Of a stretch of 40,000 nt of DNA, positions 9,905-17,993 are shown one piece after another (position 1 is the first letter of the stretch; the number at the start of each line of letters is the position of its first letter). Made by a program: the position numbers and the translations under genes. The stretch lies in sequence record MF042360.1, one strand, 5' to 3'. Under the pieces are notes generated by a model, which saw only the letters and a program-made list of their open reading frames with translations, had not been told where the DNA came from and did no database searches. Source of the stretch: Pseudomonas phage Phabio.

Positions 9905-10321
9905 ATGACTATTAAGCGTGTACGTGAGTGGGATCTGGTAGCAACTGGTGATGCCTGTGAGTTCTCGATGGCTGGTGCACCTGAATACATGCGTGAAGGC
10001 TTGACTCCTTCCAAACCTTACGTGGGTTACATTAAACACGTAGATACAATGCACCATGAGTACCAAGTTGTTATTACCGACGATAATGGGAAAATCCAAA
10101 CTATCACTCATTACGCCGATCCGGTACGTGAACCAGTCGGTATGCCACTGTATTTCCTATTGGAAGTCTTGCTGGATAAAGATACTTTCCTGGAACGTCT
10201 GCGTACACGACAAAAGCGTGAGATTAAATATCTTGAACGCAAGCACCAAGAGAACCTTGAACGCGCTCAAAAGCGTGTTAATGAAAGTGCTGCTAAATGG
10301 GATGCTCTTCCAGAACGTTAA
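9905..10321 (+). CDS. tandem paralog 2
   Basis: WDLVATGDACEFSMAG...PYVGYI plus charged helical tail. Confidence 0.85.
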   Translation: MTIKRVREWDLVATGDACEFSMAGAPEYMREGLTPSKPYVGYIKHVDTMHHEYQVVITDDNGKIQTITHYADPVREPVGMPLYFLLEVLLDKDTFLERLRTRQKREIKYLERKHQENLERAQKRVNESAAKWDALPER

Positions 10322-10339
10322 TTCAATCAGAGGTGTTGT

Positions 10340-10567
10340 ATGCTCATCGTAAACGTACTAATTAAGAATGTAACCAAGCCTGTAGAGTTTCTTATTAATG
10401 ACGCAAGTAGTCTCTGGGAGCTATTGCATATTTTTGAAAAGACCGAGACAGTATTGCAGTACACTGTTAGCGATGCCAAAGGTCCTATTCATAAATTGCT
10501 AGAAGCATTCGGATGGGGTATCAGCTTTAAGAAGTTTGCTACAGAATTCGATTGGAGTCAAGCATGA
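10340..10567 (+). CDS. small hypothetical protein (75 aa)
   Basis: ORF with AGAGG RBS; ATGA overlap with next gene. Confidence 0.75.
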   Translation: MLIVNVLIKNVTKPVEFLINDASSLWELLHIFEKTETVLQYTVSDAKGPIHKLLEAFGWGISFKKFATEFDWSQA

Positions 10568-10962
10568 CTGAATTAGTTAAAGTTGTTGGTGACTTCCTAT
10601 ATCGACAGGGTGACCCATGTGAGTTCGTCATTAATAAAGCGAATGCATTGAAACCACCGTTCGTTCTAGGCCAGCGTTATAAAGGTACCATTCAAGATAA
10701 AGATGTTGGCGGGTATTACGTACTCCCAGAAATTAAACACGCCGATGGTAGCCGCAAGAACGTTTACATAGATGGTCTTGAGATTATCCTTGACTCCATC
10801 GTCTTCGACGTACTTGCCACCAAAGAAGAAATCTTTCGACGGATTAACAATACCATTGATGGCCAAGAAAAACTGATAAAAGAAAAGTATACGTCGGATA
10901 TGGAAGCCTGCACCAAAGGTAGGAATCTATTGATGAGCAATAATAAACTGATTGGGGATTAA
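10564..10962 (+). CDS. tandem paralog 3
   Basis: GDFLYRQGDPCEFVINK...YKGTI plus helical tail; ATG 10564 overlaps the previous stop. Confidence 0.8.
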   Translation: MTELVKVVGDFLYRQGDPCEFVINKANALKPPFVLGQRYKGTIQDKDVGGYYVLPEIKHADGSRKNVYIDGLEIILDSIVFDVLATKEEIFRRINNTIDGQEKLIKEKYTSDMEACTKGRNLLMSNNKLIGD

Positions 10963-10963
10963 G

Positions 10964-11311
10964 ATGCTCAAGATTATAGATGAAGACCTGGTGCATGCCG
11001 GAGATCTTGTAAAATCAACTGCGTCAGGTGAAGTCGTCGGTAAACTTGCGCATGACCCTACTTGCAGTTTTAAGATTGTCAAGTTCGATCGGGCAACCGA
11101 AGATCCTCTCACTGTAGACTCTGTCATCTTTTCATACGCCGCTCATGACTTACAAGCGATGTATGTAGAGATGACGCCTGAACTTTATAAAGAACGTGTG
11201 TTGGAACATTACCATCGTTCGGTTGCCGCTGCCCAAAGTATTTTTAACTGTGCCGAAAAACGCGCCAAAGAAATTTGTGCACAAATGTTAGAGGCTGTAA
11301 ATGCTAACTGA
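10964..11311 (+). CDS. tandem paralog 4 (weaker similarity)
   Basis: DEDLVHAGDLV...VVGKL plus helical tail; ATG 10964. Confidence 0.75.
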   Translation: MLKIIDEDLVHAGDLVKSTASGEVVGKLAHDPTCSFKIVKFDRATEDPLTVDSVIFSYAAHDLQAMYVEMTPELYKERVLEHYHRSVAAAQSIFNCAEKRAKEICAQMLEAVNAN

Positions 11312-12095
11312 TCAAACGTATCTTGTAGGTGGTCAAGGTTATTGCGATCCTAATCGTAAAGATCAAGGACATGCTGCTGACCTCGAATGGCTGCTACAGA
11401 CAGTCGATAAAGAATATGATGTAAACAAAACCAAACTCTCTAAAGGAAATAGTACAATGCTTCCAACTGAACAATTTACCAAACAACTGCGTGGCCAAAC
11501 TCCAGTTCTTGCTCAAATTGATGAACTCCCATATCACAATACCGGTGGCACTCCTCTCGGTCAACTGATCGAAGAAGCCGAAGCCAAGAAAGCAACCTTG
11601 ACCCAAGATGAAAACGGTAATGTATCTGGTATGGGTCTTGGTCTGGAAGAGGCTGTTAAGGCTGAAGCTTTTAAAGTATTCGAAGGTAACCGTGCACAAC
11701 GTCGTCGTGCTGCTGTAGCCAAAAAGAAGAAAGCTCCTAAGCATGTAGCTAATACCCAATCTAAACATATCAAAGCGGCTCTCGGTGCGGTGATCTTGGG
11801 TAAACTCGGTCAAGTACAACAAGACACTACCGACGCTATTAAACGCGAAGTTCTCAAAGACATGCCTTTGTCTCGCTTTGCTGAAATTGCTAGCGGTAAG
11901 GTGATTCCCGAATATCAGAAACGTCTGATGGATCTGCAACAAGCTCGTGCAGAAGGTTCTCTGAAACCTGAACTGGTAAGTCTGGGTGAACAAAGTGCTA
12001 AAGCTGTAGCCGATGCACTCTATCCAACATTGGAAGAAAAAGGTCTGACTCTTGCACCAGTATCTGGTGAACTGACTGAAGCCCCAATTCAGTAA
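11301..12095 (+). CDS. hypothetical protein (264 aa)
   Basis: Long ORF followed by a terminator. Confidence 0.85.
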   Translation: MLTDQTYLVGGQGYCDPNRKDQGHAADLEWLLQTVDKEYDVNKTKLSKGNSTMLPTEQFTKQLRGQTPVLAQIDELPYHNTGGTPLGQLIEEAEAKKATLTQDENGNVSGMGLGLEEAVKAEAFKVFEGNRAQRRRAAVAKKKKAPKHVANTQSKHIKAALGAVILGKLGQVQQDTTDAIKREVLKDMPLSRFAEIASGKVIPEYQKRLMDLQQARAEGSLKPELVSLGEQSAKAVADALYPTLEEKGLTLAPVSGELTEAPIQ

Positions 12096-12104
12096 ATCAA
12101 ATAG

Positions 12105-12122
12105 CCCTACCTTCGGGTAGGG
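12105..12122 (+). terminator. hairpin terminator
   Basis: CCCTACC-TTCG-GGTAGGG followed by TTTATAA. Confidence 0.75.
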
Positions 12123-12141
12123 TTTATAACGGAGTTTTCAA

Positions 12142-12933
12142 ATGGCTATCTCTAAGTTTAATTACAGCAGTTACATTGCTCGTGCTAAACGTCATTACAA
12201 TTTGAATGTTGATGACTTTATTGTGGTTGACGAAGCTGCACGGATGTTAGCGTCCTCAGTTTACCACTGCGCGTTTATTACTATTGCAGTAACAGCAGAG
12301 AAGTTCGAAGCTTTAAAGAAATACCCATTGCCTGACTGTGATGTTAAGAATCATATTCAGTTGCTAGACGGAGTTCTGTGTCGTCGTCAACAGTTACCTG
12401 AACCAGAGAATAAGAAGTGGTCAGGTAACTGCTGGTCATTGACTCGTGAATATCTGAAGCAAACTCTGGAAGCTGAGCTACTTGGCCCTAAGACTACAGC
12501 TTATCGCCAGATGCAAATTAACCGTGAATTGGAATTGCTGTCAACCCTCAATCCTGATGTGCCGGTAACGTCTAACTCTGGTCGTGCACAACAGCGTATT
12601 GCCTCTGCTATTCTTTACATGGGTATCAGTAAAGATGACATCACCGTAATGGATCAAACCATCGGTGCTCTGACAGACGACATCAAACCGGATAACAGCA
12701 TTATTGTTATTGGTGTTGAAACTAAACAGTTTGCAAAAATTAAACAGTCTGTAACCATTCCAGGAGCTAAGGATTTCCACTCGGGTCCTAAGATTTATTC
12801 TGGTTTCGAAATTGAACCAAACACTTACGTCGTACCTGTATCTAAGAAGGTCTATGATGCCGCTACAGAGGCTAAAGGACCTTACTACGATAAAGGTATG
12901 GGTATGACTTACTTACGCTTAAAATACCTCTGA
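12142..12933 (+). CDS. hypothetical protein (263 aa)
   Basis: Long ORF with CGGAG RBS. Confidence 0.88.
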   Translation: MAISKFNYSSYIARAKRHYNLNVDDFIVVDEAARMLASSVYHCAFITIAVTAEKFEALKKYPLPDCDVKNHIQLLDGVLCRRQQLPEPENKKWSGNCWSLTREYLKQTLEAELLGPKTTAYRQMQINRELELLSTLNPDVPVTSNSGRAQQRIASAILYMGISKDDITVMDQTIGALTDDIKPDNSIIVIGVETKQFAKIKQSVTIPGAKDFHSGPKIYSGFEIEPNTYVVPVSKKVYDAATEAKGPYYDKGMGMTYLRLKYL

Positions 12934-12940
12934 GGTTAAT

Positions 12941-13201
12941 ATGTTTATAACTGATAAAGCTATGGAAGATATGTTCCCTGGGTTCCAGCACCTTAAGGAA
13001 AAACAAAAGGAACAAATGAAGATTGTTGCATTGAAGAACTTTACAAATCCTACTGATGACACCAGAGCAGCAGTTGAATTGGCAAAAGATCTAGCTTGGG
13101 CAGCAGAATCCAAATCGGTTATAGACAATCCTAAAAATGGATTCTTCGCCAAGTTTAAAGCATCAGCTAGTCTTGCGTATTTGGGTTTTATGAAACACTG
13201 A
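12941..13201 (+). CDS. small hypothetical protein (86 aa)
   Basis: ORF followed by terminator. Confidence 0.75.
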   Translation: MFITDKAMEDMFPGFQHLKEKQKEQMKIVALKNFTNPTDDTRAAVELAKDLAWAAESKSVIDNPKNGFFAKFKASASLAYLGFMKH

Positions 13202-13215
13202 TGTAAACGGCATAA

Positions 13216-13237
13216 GCCCACTCCTTCGGGAGTGGGC
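13216..13237. terminator. bidirectional terminator between convergent genes
   Basis: GCCCACTCC-TTCG-GGAGTGGGC, T-run at 13250-13256. Confidence 0.9.
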
Positions 13238-13243
13238 AATATG

Positions 13244-14329
13244 TCATGATTTTTTTATGTCGTCGATTACTTGTTGCACTTGTTTACGGAAAGCTTTAGC
13301 GAATTCAGAACTTCCCATATTGGTAAAGATCTGGTCTCTTGAGCTTTCTATAAGGTCGATCAAGACCTCGTTAATCTGACTACGGTCATAGCCATGGTTA
13401 CGCATTACCATTCGTGTAAGGTAGCGTATATAAGGCAGGCGAGCCAATGCAAAGGCCCATTCGTTCTGATACGTGATAGGTACCCGTGGAATCTCCATTA
13501 CCTCAAACAGATTCTGTTTTACAATCATTGGTGTAATCCAAGCTAAGCCTTCGATCTCAATACCTTTAAGGAAGCTTTCAAAGTTTACCTTCTCAGTTAG
13601 CTTAGCTAAACGTGGATTCATATCGGTGATATAAAACGGGTGTTGTAATGGAAAGGTCGGGTTGGCAATATCTTGGGATGCCCTATCCAACTGGTTAAAG
13701 AAAGCGATGTCTAGAAAACTATCGATCATGTTGGGTAACACAATACTACCTACGAATCGATATACGTTTTCAAACTGTTCTATATTGAGACTCTTCTGTA
13801 ACCTGAGCCAATAACGATACTGGACCATCAACATAGGTACGTTGACTGTGAGTACACCGTAAGCGCGACCTGGTGTGGTGTTGTTCATAATCGGTAGACT
13901 GGTATCTGTACGTGTGTGGTATAGATAGTTAACTGGTCGTAGATCACGCCAGCGTTTACCCAAACCGTCGCGTTCAAATTTCTCGTAGGTAGCAATAGCT
14001 ATTTCTTCCGAGTGCGGACCTAATGTAATCCCTTTGGTAAATATCTTTCCTTTATTAATAGGCGATACTAAACCAAGGTTACGTGCAGCTCCTTTGGACT
14101 GTTCTTCAATTTGACGAACCCATTGGTTATCGTCGAGTCCCATGTTGATAACAAACTGTTGAATCAGCAGTGCAAATAGATTCGTAGACTCTACGTATTT
14201 AGGTGCCTTTCTGTAGTAACCTCTTACATCTTCAATCAGCGTCTTATATGTGCGTCTGACATATACAAATCCTGGGTCAAGTGCCTGACCTAACATCCTT
14301 GCAGGACGATCCCTAAATAGCGAGTACAT
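13244..14329 (-). CDS. hypothetical protein (361 aa)
   Basis: Longest ORF in this segment; AGGAAC upstream on the minus strand. Confidence 0.85.
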   Translation of the reverse strand: MYSLFRDRPARMLGQALDPGFVYVRRTYKTLIEDVRGYYRKAPKYVESTNLFALLIQQFVINMGLDDNQWVRQIEEQSKGAARNLGLVSPINKGKIFTKGITLGPHSEEIAIATYEKFERDGLGKRWRDLRPVNYLYHTRTDTSLPIMNNTTPGRAYGVLTVNVPMLMVQYRYWLRLQKSLNIEQFENVYRFVGSIVLPNMIDSFLDIAFFNQLDRASQDIANPTFPLQHPFYITDMNPRLAKLTEKVNFESFLKGIEIEGLAWITPMIVKQNLFEVMEIPRVPITYQNEWAFALARLPYIRYLTRMVMRNHGYDRSQINEVLIDLIESSRDQIFTNMGSSEFAKAFRKQVQQVIDDIKKS

Positions 14330-14395
14330 TGGCAGTTCCTATTAATGGAGTGAAAATCTATACCATGCAGTAGTTGAGTACGTTATATCATTCAG

Positions 14396-14430
14396 TAGAA
14401 AAAATTTGAAATCTATATTACTAGTCTGAT
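14396..14430 (+). promoter_or_regulatory. early-promoter-like motif
   Basis: A-rich tract then AAATCTATATTACTAGTCTGAT; TATATTAC at 14415-14422. Confidence 0.85.
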
Positions 14431-14462
14431 GTTAACCCAATGAATCTATCGAGGTGATTGTA

Positions 14463-14657
14463 ATGTCTATCCAAGAACGTAGTCGTCTTATTGATGCAAA
14501 TCAAAAACATCTGGATATTGACTGGGAACTTCCAGCTGTCCGTGGTACTGACCTGGGTATCTATATCGACGCTGGCGAGCGTTTGATGACAACCGTGCGT
14601 TCTGGTCGCTCCCCGATCCAACAAGTCGTTGTGACAACTTCTGGCGAACTCCGTTAA
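14463..14657 (+). CDS. small hypothetical protein (64 aa)
   Basis: First ORF after the promoter motif; ATG 14463 preceded by CGAGG. Confidence 0.75.
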   Translation: MSIQERSRLIDANQKHLDIDWELPAVRGTDLGIYIDAGERLMTTVRSGRSPIQQVVVTTSGELR

Positions 14658-14667
14658 GGTATCTATA

Positions 14668-14994
14668 ATGAAGCTAATTAATGTACCGTTGCAATGTCTG
14701 GTAAATGACATCGGTTATGTAATCGGTGCGGATGGTAGTCATGGTACTATCACTGGCTTCACTACTGACCCAGATGGTCGACACTTCCAACAGAACATTC
14801 ACATCGAATGGGTTGATGGTCGTAAGGCTACTTACCTTTATCCCGAAGAGGTAGGTAGTCTTAAAGTCGATACCAAATACCACGAAAGTAATCTAACTTC
14901 GTGGATCAAGCATCACGTCAATCGAATGAATCGTCATATCAAGTTCCTCAAGAAAAGCATTGTGTCTCTTAACGAAGATGACCGTTACGAATAA
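14668..14994 (+). CDS. hypothetical small beta-rich protein (108 aa)
   Basis: ORF in operon. Confidence 0.75.
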   Translation: MKLINVPLQCLVNDIGYVIGADGSHGTITGFTTDPDGRHFQQNIHIEWVDGRKATYLYPEEVGSLKVDTKYHESNLTSWIKHHVNRMNRHIKFLKKSIVSLNEDDRYE

Positions 14995-15072
14995 TAAAAT
15001 ACTCGGAGTGCATATCTAATACAAGCAGTGCCGTCATGGATTGCTTAAGCTTTATTCCTTGAGGATTCGACA

Positions 15073-15282
15073 ATGACCACATCTATTGAATGGGGAACTG
15101 TATTTCCCGACTATGTGATCCGTATTAACAAGTCTGTTTATATTGGTCAGGATTGGTTTTTAGAGTGTACCGATAACATTGGCGTACATGCACGTGCAGC
15201 TATTCGTGTTGTACAACGTGTTAATACTGGTAGTACGGTTCGTGAAATCACAGTCCGAAAAGTTAAGGACGTAAACATGTAA
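15073..15282 (+). CDS. small hypothetical protein (69 aa)
   Basis: ORF with GAGGA RBS. Confidence 0.7.
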   Translation: MTTSIEWGTVFPDYVIRINKSVYIGQDWFLECTDNIGVHARAAIRVVQRVNTGSTVREITVRKVKDVNM

Positions 15283-15314
15283 TACAATATGTAGTTACTA
15301 ACGTGACTGCATAC

Positions 15315-15331
15315 GACACTTGCCAAGTGTC
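15315..15331 (+). other. stem-loop, possible weak terminator
   Basis: GACACTT-GCC-AAGTGTC. Confidence 0.5.
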
Positions 15332-15361
15332 TTAAAGATCTATTATGCGTCAAGCATTTAC

Positions 15362-15400
15362 AATAGAAAAAATTCTAGATTTATATTACTACTGTGATCT
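15362..15400 (+). promoter_or_regulatory. early-promoter-like motif upstream of the chimallin candidate
   Basis: AATAGAAAAAATTCTAGATTTATATTACTACTGTGATCT; TATATTAC at 15382-15389. Confidence 0.8.
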
Positions 15401-15472
15401 TAAACCAGTAGTGTTTAGATCTTAACTTGATCAAGTTAAAAAACCAAATATCTCTGTACAGGAAAAAACACA

Positions 15473-17359
15473 ATGATTCGTGATCTCGATAGCAACACCG
15501 CTTCCCAGCAACAAGCTCCAGCTCCTAAAGCACAACAAGTTCAGCAACCAACACAAGGTCAACCAAAAATGCAACAGCAACAATCGCAACAAGCAGGTAT
15601 CGGTTCTCTGAACAGCCTGTTCCAACGTTCGGGTCGTACTGAAGGTGGCGACGCTCGTTCGGCTGAAGCTCTCCAGATTCTGAACCGTCTGAAAGAAGAA
15701 GCTGTAGCTACTCAAGACCTGCAAAACGATTTCACTATCCTGCGATTCGATCGTGACCAAAACCAAGTAGGTTGGTCGTCGCTGCTGGTAGTTAAGAAAC
15801 AAGTTATCGGTGGTGAGCCGGTTCTGGCTGTTCGTCCTCTGTTGATGCCTAACGCTGCAATCCAACTGCCTGTTCGTAAAGTACAGGTTAGCCAAGGCAT
15901 GCACGTTGAGACTGTCGACGTAGAAGTTGACGTACAATCGGTATTCAGTCAGAAGTACTGGAACCGTGTTGTTGACTACGTTAAGAGCCAGCTGGGTCTG
16001 CCTAGCGCTAAAGTCGTACTGACTTCTGCTTACCCAATTCCAGCTGACTTCTCTCTGAAAGAAGAGCTGATCCTGAAAGCCGTTCTGGTTAAGTCGGTTA
16101 ACGCATGTGATGACATGCTGCAACGTCATTCCGGCGAAGAAGCTTTCAGCGTAGCACTGTTGAAAGGCAGTGATGAGTACCTGACCGCTAAGATCGATAC
16201 TCGTGAACAACCTGTTCTGGACGTACTGGGTAACCCAATCCGTTCCGACGCAGTTATCTCTCTGGCACGTACCCGTAAGAACGGTAATCAAGAGAACGAG
16301 TTCTACGAAGCTGATACCCAGCTGAACCAGACCTCGGTTGCTATCGACGTTGAATACAACGGCCAGCCTGCTCAGCAACAAAACATGTTCGGCATTCAAC
16401 AACAGCAGTTCCAACCTCCATTCACTGCTACCGTAACCGTTACTGATGTACGTAACGCTCCATGGATCAAGGCTAACACTCCAGAGATGTATCTGTTGGG
16501 TCTGTCTAACGCATTCCGTGTAACCGGTGGTTCTGCTTGGGCTAAAGGTTTCCTGCCACGTGTTGGTGTTGCCAAAGACCTGCGTGATCCAGGTGCTCTG
16601 GGCTGGTTGTCGAAACTGGCTGCTAAGATCGATACCAAAACTGATAAGTTCAAAGATGAACACTTCATCGAACTGATCAACACCATGATCCAACCGCACC
16701 CAGTGTTCCAGATCGATCTGGATCGCATGAGCGAAAACGGTGCTATCGAAGGTATGCTGATCGATGCTGCTGGCGGTCCTAACCAACAGCGTGCAACTGC
16801 GTTCATCATCAAGTCGATCAACAACCTGATCGGTGGTGGTTTCGAGAAGTACTTCGACCACACTACTCAAGCTCTGCTGAGCCTGACTGGTCAAGAAATC
16901 CAGAAAGGTTTCTACCAGGATTCTGAAGGTGAGAAGCGCGACAAGCGTGATCTGGGTACCCTGGGTGCACTGAACTCTTCGGAAGGTAACCTGCAAGAGT
17001 GGATGAACTGGTACGGTTCGCAACTGAACGGTAACATTCACCCGGCACTGCGTGCTAAGCAATCTCGCAACTACGATAAGCAATACCTGGGCGCTTCGGT
17101 AACTTACACCGGTACTACCGCTGTTCGTGCTGTACTGAACCCTAAACTCGTAGAAGCACTGGATGCTGCACTGACTGCTGCTGGTCTGCTCGTAGCTATG
17201 GATAACATCGGTAACCTGGCTGGCGGTCAACGCTTCCAAGGTAACCAGTCGATTCAGAACTTCGCTGTATCTGGTTCGGCTCACGTTGTTAACACCATGC
17301 AAACCGGTAACGGTTTCCAGAACACCTTCGGCCAGCAAGGCCCTGGTTCGTTCTACTAA
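15473..17359 (+). CDS. chmA: probable chimallin (phage nucleus shell protein, phiKZ gp54 / 201phi2-1 gp105 type), 628 aa
   Basis: Size near known chimallins, own early promoter, long 5' UTR, flexible Q/P-rich N-terminus, disordered C-tail, and position just upstream of the NADFDGDQ RNAP subunit (gp54-gp55 order in phiKZ). No alignment was possible. Confidence 0.72.
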   Translation: MIRDLDSNTASQQQAPAPKAQQVQQPTQGQPKMQQQQSQQAGIGSLNSLFQRSGRTEGGDARSAEALQILNRLKEEAVATQDLQNDFTILRFDRDQNQVGWSSLLVVKKQVIGGEPVLAVRPLLMPNAAIQLPVRKVQVSQGMHVETVDVEVDVQSVFSQKYWNRVVDYVKSQLGLPSAKVVLTSAYPIPADFSLKEELILKAVLVKSVNACDDMLQRHSGEEAFSVALLKGSDEYLTAKIDTREQPVLDVLGNPIRSDAVISLARTRKNGNQENEFYEADTQLNQTSVAIDVEYNGQPAQQQNMFGIQQQQFQPPFTATVTVTDVRNAPWIKANTPEMYLLGLSNAFRVTGGSAWAKGFLPRVGVAKDLRDPGALGWLSKLAAKIDTKTDKFKDEHFIELINTMIQPHPVFQIDLDRMSENGAIEGMLIDAAGGPNQQRATAFIIKSINNLIGGGFEKYFDHTTQALLSLTGQEIQKGFYQDSEGEKRDKRDLGTLGALNSSEGNLQEWMNWYGSQLNGNIHPALRAKQSRNYDKQYLGASVTYTGTTAVRAVLNPKLVEALDAALTAAGLLVAMDNIGNLAGGQRFQGNQSIQNFAVSGSAHVVNTMQTGNGFQNTFGQQGPGSFY

Positions 17360-17628
17360 GTTGTAACTAAGGTGGGATCGAAAGGTCCCATCTATTGTAG
17401 CCCACGACAAGCCAAAGACCCAACTGAACCCCGCTAATATATCTGCGCTAATAGGGTGAAGGTTGTAACATTCAAAGTGCACGGTATCGTGTAGGTTGAA
17501 GGCAGTCGTTAATTAGATCGCTTTATCCTAACGGAAGCTGCACCCTTTATTGGTGTGGCTTGTGGTCAACACTACTCACGAAAGTGAGACCCATAGGCAA
17601 TCTCTTCGGAGGTTGCTTATGTCCTTAA
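17360..17628 (+). ncRNA. candidate structured RNA (3' UTR element or ncRNA)
   Basis: No long ORF; hairpins at 17370-17393 (GAAA loop), 17471-17500, 17535-17561, 17575-17588 (GAAA loop), 17593-17620 (TTCG loop). Confidence 0.55.
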
Positions 17629-17643
17629 TTGTCGGAGATAAAA

Positions 17644-17916
17644 ATGTCTGAGATTCAACCAGTTCTGAAAGAGTTCCTGAAAACCGTTGGTGCCTCTATC
17701 GATGAAACGATTGCCACTAGCACCGTACAAGGTGTTGCTGATTACGAACGTGGTGTTAAAGATGGTGCGCTTGGTTTGGCAGACCAACTGCAAAGCGCAG
17801 AATACACTATCACCGATAAAGAAGGCGCTATTGTGAAGACCGAACCTGAAGGTGAAGTAACGCCTGTGTTCAGTTCCGTATTCCTGAGTGATGTATGGAA
17901 AGACCCAAGTAACTGA
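17644..17916 (+). CDS. hypothetical protein (90 aa)
   Basis: ATG 17644 preceded by CGGAG; the TTG start given by the track (17629) is unlikely. Confidence 0.8.
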   Translation: MSEIQPVLKEFLKTVGASIDETIATSTVQGVADYERGVKDGALGLADQLQSAEYTITDKEGAIVKTEPEGEVTPVFSSVFLSDVWKDPSN

Positions 17917-17936
17917 TACATGATTTAATGAATGGT

Positions 17937-17952
17937 GCTCCCTTCGGGGAGC
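17937..17952 (+). terminator. hairpin terminator
   Basis: GCTCCC-TTCG-GGGAGC followed by TTTATATCTTTTTTT. Confidence 0.85.
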
Positions 17953-17993
17953 GCTGTTTATATCTTTTTTTGTTTGCTGAAATAGGTAAGAGA

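Noticed and set aside
11394-11993. 199-aa minus-strand ORF
   Set aside because: Antisense of the 264-aa plus-strand gene; Phe/Thr-rich translation typical of shadow ORFs here.
15431-17482. 683-aa minus-strand ORF opposite the chimallin candidate
   Set aside because: Shadow ORF caused by the codon usage of the highly expressed plus-strand gene; its product is Ser/Thr/Val/Gln-rich with no plausible motif and no terminator/promoter support.
17360-17628. Group I intron, tRNA, tmRNA, RNase P or SRP RNA
   Set aside because: I looked for recognisable conserved core sequences and a cloverleaf and did not find them by eye; kept only as an unclassified structured RNA candidate.
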